From assembly GCA_038064995.1 (NCBI GenBank), contig JBBTRW010000065.1, positions 1,685 to 27,732 of the forward strand: DNA of 26,048 nt. Direction: 5' to 3'. The position numbers were made by a program, and so were the translations under genes. Within the stretch, counting starts at the first letter, position 1. Each line of letters opens with the position of its first letter. The stretch is from Patescibacteria group bacterium. Its GTDB lineage: Bacteria; Patescibacteriota; Saccharimonadia; Saccharimonadales; Saccharimonadaceae. Of this stretch, positions 17,589 through 26,048 are shown one piece after another. The notes below the pieces were generated by a model. That model did not search any database. It saw only the letters and a program-made list of their open reading frames with translations, and was not told the origin of the DNA.

Positions 17589-19553
17589 GTGACAAAGTTC
17601 AAACTAAAAACCGATTATCAGCCAACTGGCGATCAGCCAACGGCTATTGCTCAATTGATTGATGGGTTAGAAAAGGGCGAGCGAGAACAAACATTGCTAG
17701 GTGTGACCGGTAGTGGCAAGACTTTTACTATGGCTAATATAATAGCCAATCGTCAGACGCCGACGCTGGTTTTGGCGCACAACAAAACACTTGCGGCGCA
17801 GTTATACAGCGAATTTAAAAGTTATTTTCCAGAAAACGAAGTACATTATTTTGTCAGCTACTTTGACTATTATCAGCCCGAAGCTTATATTGCTAGCCGC
17901 GATGTTTACATTGAAAAAGACAGCAAGATAAACGAAGAGATTGATAAATTACGACATGCAGCCACATCTGCCCTACTCACCCACTGTGACGTTATAATCG
18001 TAGCTAGCGTCAGTTGCATTTATGGCATTGGTTCGCCCGAAGATTACGGGCAAATGTCAGTAATGGTCAAAAAAGGAGAGAAAAGATCTCTCGACAAATT
18101 CATACGACATTTAACTGACATTCAATATCAACGAAATGATATAGACTTTTCCCGCGGTACATTCCGTCAGCGTGGCGATATTATAGATGTCTTTCCAGCT
18201 GGTGGTGACAATGCATATCGTATAGAGTTTTTTGGTGACGAGATTGAAAACCTAAGCGAGATCAACCCGCTAACTGGTGAAATTGTGCGAAAACCTGCCG
18301 AAGTTCATATTTTCCCAAGCTCGCACTATGTTACACCAAAGGAAAAACTTGGTCATGCACTGATCGGTATCAAAAAAGAATTTGAACAACGGGTGCAATA
18401 CTACGAAAAAGCTGGCAAATTTTTGGAGGCGCAACGGCTGACCCAGCGTACAAAATATGATATAGAAATGTTAGAGGAAACAGGTTTTGTAAAAGGCATC
18501 GAAAACTACTCAAGGTATCTGACCGATCGCGAACCAGGTGCGCAACCTGCAACTTTGATAGATTATTTTCCAGATGATTGGCTGCTACTAGTCGACGAAT
18601 CTCATATGAGCTTGCCACAAGTTCGTGGAATGTACAACGGCGACCGTGCTCGCAAAGAAACTTTAGTCGAGCATGGATTTCGAATGCCTAGTGCGCTGGA
18701 CAATCGTCCGCTAAGGTTCGAAGAATTTGATAAACATATAAATCAAGTTATCTATGTATCAGCAACCCCCGGTGATTACGAGCTAGAACATTCACCACCA
18801 CCTGCACAGCAGGTTATTCGTCCAACAGGCCTACTAGACCCCGTGATTGATGTCCGCACATCAGAGGGTCAAGTCGATGATCTGATAGCCGAAATTCGTG
18901 ATCGCACAGCGAATCATCAACGTGTGTTGGTGACGACTCTGACAAAACGTATGGCCGAAGACCTTACAACTCACCTAGAGGAACTCGGTATCAAGGTTGC
19001 ATATATTCACAGTGATATCGATACGCTCGAGCGCGGCGATATTCTGAAATCACTGCGCGTGGGAGAGTTCGACGTTTTGGTCGGTATTAACTTGCTGCGT
19101 GAAGGTTTGGATTTGCCAGAAGTCAGTCTAGTAGCAATTATCGATGCTGACAAAGAAGGTTTCCTACGCAGTGCCAGTGCCTTGATACAAACAATTGGTC
19201 GTGCAGCCAGGCACCTGGACGGCACAGTCATAATGTACGCCGATCACGAAACTGATTCTATGAAAAAGGCAATTGGCGAAACAAATCGCCGTCGCAAGAT
19301 CCAAGAAGATTATAATATCAAGCACAATATTACGCCTGAAAGCATTGCCAAAGAAATCAGTGAGGGCCTAAGGGCGATCATACCTGAAAAAGACAAAGGT
19401 CCAACACTGAAACTAAACAAGATACCAAAAGATGAATACCCACATCTACTCAAAGATTTAACTGGACAAATGGAACTCGCCAGTGCCAATCTAGAGTTTG
19501 AAAAAGCCGCCGAACTGCGTGATTCAATCGCTGAGATAAAAGCAAAAATGTAA
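17589..19553 (+). CDS. uvrB: Excinuclease ABC subunit B
   Basis: [64 protein letters not shown]-terminal UVR coil FEKAAELRD. Confidence 0.98.
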   Translation: MTKFKLKTDYQPTGDQPTAIAQLIDGLEKGEREQTLLGVTGSGKTFTMANIIANRQTPTLVLAHNKTLAAQLYSEFKSYFPENEVHYFVSYFDYYQPEAYIASRDVYIEKDSKINEEIDKLRHAATSALLTHCDVIIVASVSCIYGIGSPEDYGQMSVMVKKGEKRSLDKFIRHLTDIQYQRNDIDFSRGTFRQRGDIIDVFPAGGDNAYRIEFFGDEIENLSEINPLTGEIVRKPAEVHIFPSSHYVTPKEKLGHALIGIKKEFEQRVQYYEKAGKFLEAQRLTQRTKYDIEMLEETGFVKGIENYSRYLTDREPGAQPATLIDYFPDDWLLLVDESHMSLPQVRGMYNGDRARKETLVEHGFRMPSALDNRPLRFEEFDKHINQVIYVSATPGDYELEHSPPPAQQVIRPTGLLDPVIDVRTSEGQVDDLIAEIRDRTANHQRVLVTTLTKRMAEDLTTHLEELGIKVAYIHSDIDTLERGDILKSLRVGEFDVLVGINLLREGLDLPEVSLVAIIDADKEGFLRSASALIQTIGRAARHLDGTVIMYADHETDSMKKAIGETNRRRKIQEDYNIKHNITPESIAKEISEGLRAIIPEKDKGPTLKLNKIPKDEYPHLLKDLTGQMELASANLEFEKAAELRDSIAEIKAKM

Positions 19554-19594
19554 AAAAATAGCCCGGCCTCTCCGCGGATCGCGGAAAGACCGGG
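19552..19594 (-). terminator. Intrinsic terminator of cassette 3
   Basis: Minus RNA CCCGGUCUUUCCGCG-AUC-CGCGGAGAGGCCGGG forms a 15-bp stem with two G.U pairs (mismatches on the + strand), followed by CUAUUUUUUU. Confidence 0.88.
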
Positions 19595-19615
19595 GCAGGT
19601 CTGGGCCGCAGCCTG

Positions 19616-19801
19616 TCACGCGATTACTCCGCAAAGACATATGACTAGGGCGATGACGCACAGGATCATCATGTGCTCCATAATGGACTGGTCACTCTGA
19701 CGAGCTGCCTGGCTTTCGGCAGGGTCTGCAGAAAGATTCAGGCAAAACAAGACCCAGGCCAAGACAATCGTTGAGATTACTGCACCTATCAGCCATCCCA
19801 T
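19616..19801 (-). CDS. Small (~61 aa) two-transmembrane hypothetical protein (cassette 3)
   Basis: AAAGGTGGT SD 6 nt before ATG 19801 (the track uses GTG 19807). Consensus promoter and terminator. TM-polar loop-TM with 4 Cys. Confidence 0.78.
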   Translation of the reverse strand: MGWLIGAVISTIVLAWVLFCLNLSADPAESQAARQSDQSIMEHMMILCVIALVICLCGVIA

Positions 19802-19850
19802 CCTCACACCACCTTTCGATAGAGTTCAAAAAGTATGAAGATTAGTTATA

Positions 19851-19879
19851 ATTATAAAAATATAATCACTATTTGTCAA
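19851..19879 (-). promoter_or_regulatory. Perfect sigma70 consensus promoter of cassette 3
   Basis: TTGACA (19879-19874), 17 bp, TATAAT (19856-19851). Confidence 0.85.
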
Positions 19880-19901
19880 GTAGTTACACCTCGGTAATCT
19901 T

Positions 19902-19910
19902 TGGTATAAT
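19902..19910 (+). promoter_or_regulatory. Extended -10 promoter of the gatCAB operon
   Basis: TGGTATAAT 8 nt before the gatC ATG, with no SD. Confidence 0.6.
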
Positions 19911-19918
19911 AGTCACCA

Positions 19919-20209
19919 ATGGCGAGAATCTCAAAAGACGAGGTAATGCACCTAGCAAGCCTCAGCAACATCAGTTTGACCGACGAAGAAGTCGCGTCTA
20001 TGCAGGCTGATCTGGAAAATATACTAAATTATGTTAGTCAGCTCGAAAGTATTGATACTGACGGGGTCGAGCCGACCTATCAGGTTAATGGCTTGCAAAA
20101 CATCGACCGAGCAGATGAAATTATTGATTACGGCGTGACCCGTGAACAGTTGCTAGAGGTTGTACCGGAAAAGTTAGATGATCAAATAAAGGTACCAGAG
20201 GTTATCTAA
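19919..20209 (+). CDS. gatC: Asp/Glu-tRNA amidotransferase subunit C
   Basis: ISKDEVMHLASLS, IL.YVSQL...DTDGVEPT, KVP.V. First gene of gatCAB. Confidence 0.93.
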   Translation: MARISKDEVMHLASLSNISLTDEEVASMQADLENILNYVSQLESIDTDGVEPTYQVNGLQNIDRADEIIDYGVTREQLLEVVPEKLDDQIKVPEVI

Positions 20210-21616
20210 ATGACAAACATTCAGCAAATTGTCGACGCAGTCATGAATGGCAGCTCAACCGCCAAACAACAAGTTCAAGATGCTATTAAAAAGGCTGAGG
20301 ACAAAAAAGATTACAATGCAGTCCTAAGTTTAACCAGCGAACGGGCTTTAAAACGGGCCGATGAAATAGATCAAAAAATCAAAAACGGTGAAAAAGTTGG
20401 CAAATTAGCCGGTGTGCCATTCATCGCCAAAGACAACTTTTTAACATTTGGCGCACCAACAACCGCAGCCAGTAAAATTTTAGGCAATTTTAAAACACCC
20501 ATTCAGGCTACAGCCATAGAGAAACTAGAGCTTGAAGGCGCAATTTGTATCGGCAAGGCCAACCTAGATGCATTTGCGCATGGTGGTAGCACCGAGAACT
20601 CTGCCTACGGTCCAACTAAAAATGCCGTTGATCAAACTCGAGTAGCTGGCGGTTCTTCTGGCGGCTCAGCTGTCGCCGTAGCTTTAGGTATCGTGCCATT
20701 TACGCTCGGTAGCGATACCGGAGGTTCTATACGTCAACCAGCTAGCTTTAACGGTGTCGTTGGTGTTAAACCAACTTACGGAACAGTTAGCCGTTTTGGC
20801 GTAGTCGCAATGGCCAGCAGTACTGACGTCATAGGCCCAATTACTAAAAATATTGCCGATGCCGAGCTAGTGATGGATGTTTTGGCTGGTAAAGATGAAT
20901 ATGACGCAACTACCCTGCCTAACTTTTTCAAGCCTCGCATCGGCGAAGTTAAAAAGCAAAAAATCGGCATAGTAAAAGAGCTAATGGGCGAAGGTGTCGA
21001 GCCAGAGGTGCTGAAAGTAACTAACGATTATATAGATAAACTACGATCGGCCGGGCACATGTTAGAGGAAGTCAGCTTGCCGCTTGCGCCTATGTGTTTG
21101 GCAATGTATTACATCATTGTTCCTGCTGAAGTCAGTTCTAACTTGGCCAGGTATGACGGTGTTCGCTATGGTGTACGTTCCGATGCATCCGACCTGGCCG
21201 AGTTGTACGGCCGCAGCCGTGATGAAGGCTTTGAAGCAGAGAACAAGCGGCGTATTTTGATAGGTAGTTACGTCTTGTCTAGTGGCTACTACGACGCATA
21301 TTACAACAAAGCCGCTAAGGCTCGCACGCTTTTGGTTCAGCAATTTGATGCATTGTTCAAAAAATACGATGTTTTGATCGGACCGGTTACGCCAACAGTA
21401 GCTTTTAAGTTGGGTGAAAATACCGACGAACCTCTAAAAATGTACATGACAGACGTTATGACAACCCCTGCGAACTTGGCAGGCGTTCCGGCTATTAGTG
21501 TTCCAGCTGGCAATACCAGTGACGGATTGCCGGTTGGCGTTCAGTTAATTGGCCCGATGAAGTCAGACGCAGATCTGTTAGCATTAGCCAAATCTATGGA
21601 GGGCTACCATGAGTAG
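20210..21616 (+). CDS. gatA: Asp/Glu-tRNA amidotransferase subunit A
   Basis: LAGVPFIAKDN, GGSSGGSA, GSDTGGSIRQPA, SSNLARYDG, RRILIGSYVLS. Confidence 0.97.
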   Translation: MTNIQQIVDAVMNGSSTAKQQVQDAIKKAEDKKDYNAVLSLTSERALKRADEIDQKIKNGEKVGKLAGVPFIAKDNFLTFGAPTTAASKILGNFKTPIQATAIEKLELEGAICIGKANLDAFAHGGSTENSAYGPTKNAVDQTRVAGGSSGGSAVAVALGIVPFTLGSDTGGSIRQPASFNGVVGVKPTYGTVSRFGVVAMASSTDVIGPITKNIADAELVMDVLAGKDEYDATTLPNFFKPRIGEVKKQKIGIVKELMGEGVEPEVLKVTNDYIDKLRSAGHMLEEVSLPLAPMCLAMYYIIVPAEVSSNLARYDGVRYGVRSDASDLAELYGRSRDEGFEAENKRRILIGSYVLSSGYYDAYYNKAAKARTLLVQQFDALFKKYDVLIGPVTPTVAFKLGENTDEPLKMYMTDVMTTPANLAGVPAISVPAGNTSDGLPVGVQLIGPMKSDADLLALAKSMEGYHE

Positions 21617-22025
21617 TCTGATTATTATCATGGTTATCGTCATTATAATGATTGGCATTATTATGCTGGCAGTTATTGCCACGACTCGTAAAAATGTACC
21701 TGGTTTAGATAAGGAAGTTTTTTGCACAAAATGGCTAAAAATCGAAGGCAGCATGATCGACGATGAAGGCTCCAGTCACTTGGCTATTTTGAACGCCGAC
21801 AAATTGCTAGACGAAGCCTTAAAAGCCCGTGGCTTTGCTGGCGAGACTATGGGCGAGCGTATGAAAAGTGCCCGTAGTTCGTTCAGCAATAACAATGCCG
21901 TTTGGGCAGCGCACAAACTTCGCAATCAAATAGCCCATGAGTCAGATGTTTCTATAAAGTCAAAAACTGCTCGTTATGCATTAAAGGCCTTTAAAAAAGG
22001 TCTGAAAGATTTGGGGGCGCTATGA
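21609..22025 (+). CDS. Membrane-anchored protein with HEPN-like RxxxxH motif
   Basis: N-terminal 23-aa hydrophobic helix, helical body with ADKLLDEAL and AHKLRNQIAHE. Overlaps both gatA and gatB. Confidence 0.75.
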   Translation: MSSLIIIMVIVIIMIGIIMLAVIATTRKNVPGLDKEVFCTKWLKIEGSMIDDEGSSHLAILNADKLLDEALKARGFAGETMGERMKSARSSFSNNNAVWAAHKLRNQIAHESDVSIKSKTARYALKAFKKGLKDLGAL

Positions 22026-23458
22026 CAAAATATATTCCTACCATCGGCATAGAGTGCCATGTGCAGCTAGCAACAAAAACCAAGTTATTCAGTGGTGCAA
22101 ATAACGATGCACGCGATGAATCTCCAAACAGTGTAGTGTCGCCAATCGACTACGGTTTGCCCGGTATGCTGCCTGTACTCAATCGCGGCGCAGTAGATCT
22201 AGCGATAAAGGCTGGGTTGGCGCTGGGTAGTGAGATTGCGCTAATTAGCCGTTTCGATCGTAAAAATTATTTTTATCCAGATTTGCCGAACGGCTATCAG
22301 ATTACTCAGTTGTACGAACCGATAATTTTGGCTGGTAAGGTTAATGTACCGCTGGGCGATGAGAGTTTCGATGTACGTATACACCACGCCCACCTAGAAG
22401 CTGATGCGGGTAAGTTAACTCATTATGATGACTATAGTTTGGTTGATCTGAACCGTGTAGGTACGCCGCTGATTGAAATTGTATCCGAACCCGATATTCA
22501 CAGTGCGCAGCAGGCCAGGGCATACGCACAGGAACTATATCTGTTGATGACCTACGTCGGCGCAACGCATGGTGATTTGTATCACGGCAATATGCGTTTT
22601 GACGTTAATATTTCGATTGCCGAAGAAGGTGCAAAAGAGCTTGGCAAACGTGCTGAGGTAAAAAACCTTAACTCCTTTAGGGCAGTTGAAAAAGTAGTCG
22701 AGTATGAGTTTAAACGACAAAGTGAGCTGCTAGAAAAAGGTAAAGAAATCGAGCAAGAAACGCGTGGTTGGGATGACGACAAGCAAAAGACCTTTAGCCA
22801 ACGTTCAAAAGAAAATGCTCCAGACTATCGCTATATGCCAGACCCGGATTTACCGCCAATTGTTTTGAATCCAGAGCAGATAGAAGCTGCGAAAAGAGAG
22901 TTGCCTGATTTACCAAATGATTATCGCCAGAAGCTCGGAAATATTGGAATAGATAGCGAAGTTGTAGAAGACATAATCGCCATTCCAGAAGTTGCACGAC
23001 AGGTAGCTAGCGTGTTAGTTAAAAGCAAGTCCGAGCATGCTCGTCGCGTTGCCTTCTCGTTACTCCAAGAAAGACCCGAAGATGTAGCGGTTGAGATTGG
23101 CTGGGCTTCGAATGTTACAGATGAGCAGTTCATTAAGGCTTCAGAACTTGTTGAAGCTAACAAATTAAGCTCAACAGGGTTTAAACGAGTTATAGCAGGA
23201 ATTCAGGTTGAAAAAAACCCGAACATAGACCCTGAGAAGTTTGCAACCGAGAACAATATCATCCAAGTCAGCGACGAAGGCGAAATTATCAAAATAGTCG
23301 AACAAGTCCTGGCAGACCCAGCGGCACAAAAAGCCGTAGAAGATATAAAATCTGGCAATGACAAGGCTATCGGATTCCTCGTCGGGCAGGTCATGAAACT
23401 TTCACAAGGTAAGGCTAACCCAGCCTTGGCCCAAAAACTCATCCGCGAACGTCTGTAA
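22022..23458 (+). CDS. gatB: Asp/Glu-tRNA amidotransferase subunit B
   Basis: IGIECHVQL, PGMLP, FDRKNYFYPDLP.GYQITQ, LEADAGK, PLIEIVSEPD, DYRYMPDPDL, GFLVGQVMK. Confidence 0.97.
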   Translation: MTKYIPTIGIECHVQLATKTKLFSGANNDARDESPNSVVSPIDYGLPGMLPVLNRGAVDLAIKAGLALGSEIALISRFDRKNYFYPDLPNGYQITQLYEPIILAGKVNVPLGDESFDVRIHHAHLEADAGKLTHYDDYSLVDLNRVGTPLIEIVSEPDIHSAQQARAYAQELYLLMTYVGATHGDLYHGNMRFDVNISIAEEGAKELGKRAEVKNLNSFRAVEKVVEYEFKRQSELLEKGKEIEQETRGWDDDKQKTFSQRSKENAPDYRYMPDPDLPPIVLNPEQIEAAKRELPDLPNDYRQKLGNIGIDSEVVEDIIAIPEVARQVASVLVKSKSEHARRVAFSLLQERPEDVAVEIGWASNVTDEQFIKASELVEANKLSSTGFKRVIAGIQVEKNPNIDPEKFATENNIIQVSDEGEIIKIVEQVLADPAAQKAVEDIKSGNDKAIGFLVGQVMKLSQGKANPALAQKLIRERL

Positions 23459-23493
23459 CCTCAACAAAATACACTGCGCAGACTAGCCTGTGG

Positions 23494-23502
23494 TGGTATA
23501 AT
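23494..23502 (+). promoter_or_regulatory. Extended -10 promoter for the downstream small-gene cluster
   Basis: TGGTATAAT, then AGGAGAGG SD before ATG 23543. Confidence 0.6.
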
Positions 23503-23542
23503 AGTTATAGAACAAAAGAATAGTGCACTATAGGAGAGGTAC

Positions 23543-23797
23543 ATGTCAGATCCAGCATACATTTTAGTCATAATCTTGAGCGTATTTTTGGCGGTATCAT
23601 TACTGTTATCAATCATCTTACTAATCATGGTCATCACATTTTTCAAGCGGGTCAATTCTGTTGCAGCTGCGGTCCAAGCAACTGCAGAAAATGTAGAATC
23701 AGTAGTTAGTGGTGTCAGCAAGGTCACCTCACCGATGATAATCGCAAAATTAATCATGAAGCAGTTTAACCAAGCAGCCAAAGGAAAGGGGAAATAA
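23543..23797 (+). CDS. Single-TM coiled-coil protein (YtxG/DUF948-like by architecture and context)
   Basis: TM at about residues 5-33, then a heptad-like helix. Strong SD. Lies directly upstream of the YtxH-like gene. Confidence 0.65.
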   Translation: MSDPAYILVIILSVFLAVSLLLSIILLIMVITFFKRVNSVAAAVQATAENVESVVSGVSKVTSPMIIAKLIMKQFNQAAKGKGK

Positions 23798-23798
23798 A

Positions 23799-24104
23799 AT
23801 GAGTAAAAAATTCGCAGTAGGAGCATTCTTGGGAGCAATAGCAGGAGCCGTTGCTGGTGTACTAGCAGCTCCAAAGAGCGGTAAAGAAACCCGCGAGGAA
23901 ATCAAAAAGAAAGCCGACGAAGCAAAGCAAGACACAGTCGACGCATATGAGGCCACCAAGACAGAAGTGAGCAAGCAGACAGCCGATGCCAAGAAACAAG
24001 CCGAAACCAAAGCAAAAGAAGCCAAAGCAAAAGCCAAGGATATTAAAACTCGTGCTGAAAAAGCAGCTGACGCAGCTAAAAAAGAATTCAACAAGAAACC
24101 TTAA
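23799..24104 (+). CDS. YtxH-domain protein
   Basis: FAVGAFLGAIAGAVAGVLAAPKSGKETR signature, followed by a K/A/E-rich LEA-like tail. Confidence 0.88.
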   Translation: MSKKFAVGAFLGAIAGAVAGVLAAPKSGKETREEIKKKADEAKQDTVDAYEATKTEVSKQTADAKKQAETKAKEAKAKAKDIKTRAEKAADAAKKEFNKKP

Positions 24105-24111
24105 CTAGGTC

Positions 24112-24387
24112 ATGATACGTTCGCAGATTTCAAAAATAAAAGAGAAGGTTTCTAAAGATGCAACAAGGGGCGCTCAGAGCGAGCTCTTAGAGCAGCTGTT
24201 TAACGACCATTATAAATATCGCTGGCGCGTGTACAAGATGAACTTTGTGCGTGGTATTTTCTTCGGTCTTGGCTCTGTAATAGGGGCAACAATAATAGTA
24301 TCATTGTTGATATGGACTTTAGCCTTTTTTGGTCTGCCGGACAGTATATTAAATCAACTGGATAGAACACAGACACAAGAAACATAA
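24112..24387 (+). CDS. Small membrane protein, DUF5665-like
   Basis: MNFVRGIFFGLGSVIGATIIVSLLIWTL segment. Confidence 0.7.
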   Translation: MIRSQISKIKEKVSKDATRGAQSELLEQLFNDHYKYRWRVYKMNFVRGIFFGLGSVIGATIIVSLLIWTLAFFGLPDSILNQLDRTQTQET

Positions 24388-24417
24388 GCAATAAGTAGGG
24401 TGTGAGAAGGGATAGGT

Positions 24418-26048
24418 GTGAGTAAGCAAACAACGTCGTTACAGCCGTCTGATTATGTGCATTTGCATAACCACACACACCACAGCCTACTAGACGGTAT
24501 GACCAAAATTGAGGCCTTGGTCGAACGCGTCAAAATGATGGGAATGGAAGCCGTGGCAATGACTGACCACGGTACTCTATCCGGCACTATTGATTTTTAC
24601 AAAGCTTGCAAGGGCGAGGGCATAAAGCCAATTATCGGTATGGAGGCTTATATAGCTGCCCGCAAGCACACCGACAAAGAAATCCAGCACGACAAAGCTC
24701 GTTTCCACTTGATCATTCTCGCTATGAACAATAAGGGCTATGAAAACTTGATGCGTCTTTCAACCATAGCCAACCTCGACGGTTTATACTACAAACCACG
24801 CATCGATCGCGATCTGTTAGAACAATACAACGAAGGTTTAATTATTCTTAGCGGCTGCGCTAGCGGCGAGTTGGGCGAGGCGCTAAAAAATGGCGACTAT
24901 GCAACCGCTAAAAAAACAGCTAGCTGGTACAAAAAAGTTTTTGGTGATAGATATTACCTAGAGATACAAGATCATGGTGATTGGTCAGACCAGCTCAAGA
25001 TCAACAAAGGCGTTGAAAAGCTTTCTGCCGAGCTAGCAATCCCGCGGGTCTTAACCGGCGATGCGCATTATCTGAACAAAGACGACGCACCAGCGCATGA
25101 AATTCTGTTGTGCGTAGGCACTAACGCCTATCTTTCCGACAAAAATCGTATGTCTTTAGAGGGTTTCCATCTGCATGTGCGTGACCCTAATGAAGTTATT
25201 GAAAAATGGGGTGATCAGCCAGAGCTTATCACTACTAGCAAAGACATAGCAGACCGTTGCGATGTTCAGATCGAGCTAGGCAGCATATTAATTCCTACCT
25301 TCTCTACACCTCCACGCGAAACTGAAAAAAGTTATTTGCAAAAGCTTGTATATCAAGGTCTTGCCTGGCGTTATGGCAAAATGGATCGTGAAAAAACCAG
25401 AGATTTAAGTGTTAGCGATGCAAAAAAGAAGTTGCCCGACGATGTGCTGGAACGCGCCAAGTTCGAGCTGAGTGTTATAGATAATATGGGCTTTAATGGT
25501 TATTTTTTGATTGTTCAAGATTTTATAAACTGGGGCAAAGACCGCGGTATTATTTTTGGGCCAGGTCGCGGCAGTGCGGCTGGTTCAATTATTTCATATG
25601 CCCTGAATACAACTGACCTAGACCCAATTCATTATGATTTGCTGTTTGAGAGGTTTCTAAACCCCGATCGAATATCTATGCCCGATATCGATATCGATAT
25701 CCAAGATACCAGGCGCGACGAAGTCATCCAGTATTGTATTGATAAATACGGTAAAGACCGCGTTGCTAATATCGTGACATTTGGAACAATGGCAGCCAGG
25801 GCTGCGGTGCGCGATGTTGCCCGCGTGTTAGAGGTGCCATATTCCGAGGCTGATCATTTAGCCAAAATGATTCCTCCACCGGTGCAGGGACGGCACATAC
25901 CACTTGCAAAAAGTATCGAAGACGACCCTGATTTAAAAAAAGAATACGAATCTAACGAGCGTGCGCACGAGGTTATAGATTTTGCATCCAGGCTAGAAGG
26001 TACAATTCGTTCTCACGGCGTTCATGCTGCGGGTGTGGTGATTGCACC
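24418..26048 (+). CDS. dnaE: DNA polymerase III alpha subunit (3' truncated by window; missing from the ORF track)
   Basis: Manual translation from GTG 24418 (AAGGG SD) gives DYVHLHNHTHHSLLDG, AMTDHG, GMEAY, GPGRGSAAGS, FERFLNPDRISMPDIDID, SHGVHAAGVVIA. Confidence 0.96.
   Translation, partial: MSKQTTSLQPSDYVHLHNHTHHSLLDGMTKIEALVERVKMMGMEAVAMTDHGTLSGTIDFYKACKGEGIKPIIGMEAYIAARKHTDKEIQHDKARFHLIILAMNNKGYENLMRLSTIANLDGLYYKPRIDRDLLEQYNEGLIILSGCASGELGEALKNGDYATAKKTASWYKKVFGDRYYLEIQDHGDWSDQLKINKGVEKLSAELAIPRVLTGDAHYLNKDDAPAHEILLCVGTNAYLSDKNRMSLEGFHLHVRDPNEVIEKWGDQPELITTSKDIADRCDVQIELGSILIPTFSTPPRETEKSYLQKLVYQGLAWRYGKMDREKTRDLSVSDAKKKLPDDVLERAKFELSVIDNMGFNGYFLIVQDFINWGKDRGIIFGPGRGSAAGSIISYALNTTDLDPIHYDLLFERFLNPDRISMPDIDIDIQDTRRDEVIQYCIDKYGKDRVANIVTFGTMAARAAVRDVARVLEVPYSEADHLAKMIPPPVQGRHIPLAKSIEDDPDLKKEYESNERAHEVIDFASRLEGTIRSHGVHAAGVVIA

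Noticed and set aside
23461-24094. Minus ORFs 23461..23874 and 23750..24094
   Set aside because: Antisense shadows of the YtxG/YtxH-like genes, which have a promoter, SD and recognisable motifs.
23900-24104. AAGC/AAAGCC-rich quasi-repeats as a CRISPR or tandem array
   Set aside because: Explained by Lys/Ala/Glu codons of the YtxH tail. There is no repeat-spacer periodicity.
25684-25701. Triple GATATC tandem repeat
   Set aside because: It simply encodes the conserved DIDID catalytic motif of DnaE.

Overview
A standard-code, about 43% GC window of housekeeping genes, mostly on the + strand. Gene content and compact operons suggest Saccharibacteria/CPR (inference). Gene order: pheS(3' end)-Nudix-pheT, FKBP PPIase, NrdH/Grx-trxB, PLD-family gene (-), ppa, short rel (-), gap-rpiB-rpe-split tkt-fba-pfkB-unknown 413 aa-SLOG, pilin-like gene, uvrB, gatC-gatA-[TM-HEPN-like]-gatB, YtxG/YtxH-like pair, DUF5665-like gene, dnaE (5' part). 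I found no tRNA, rRNA, CRISPR array, integrase or transposase. The most striking unexplained pattern is three dispersed, self-contained minus-strand micro-cassettes (about 4983-5283, 8502-9015, 19552-19879). Each has a perfect TTGACA-17 bp-TAnnnT promoter, a strong Shine-Dalgarno, a small GC-enriched unrecognised ORF and a GC-rich hairpin or terminator, and each sits between core genes. Other signals are a membrane-anchored RxxxxH (HEPN-like) gene coupled inside gatCAB, a tandem NrdR-box-like pair at the redoxin-trxB promoter, a non-oxidative pentose-phosphate cluster with no transaldolase, and several apparently leaderless promoters.
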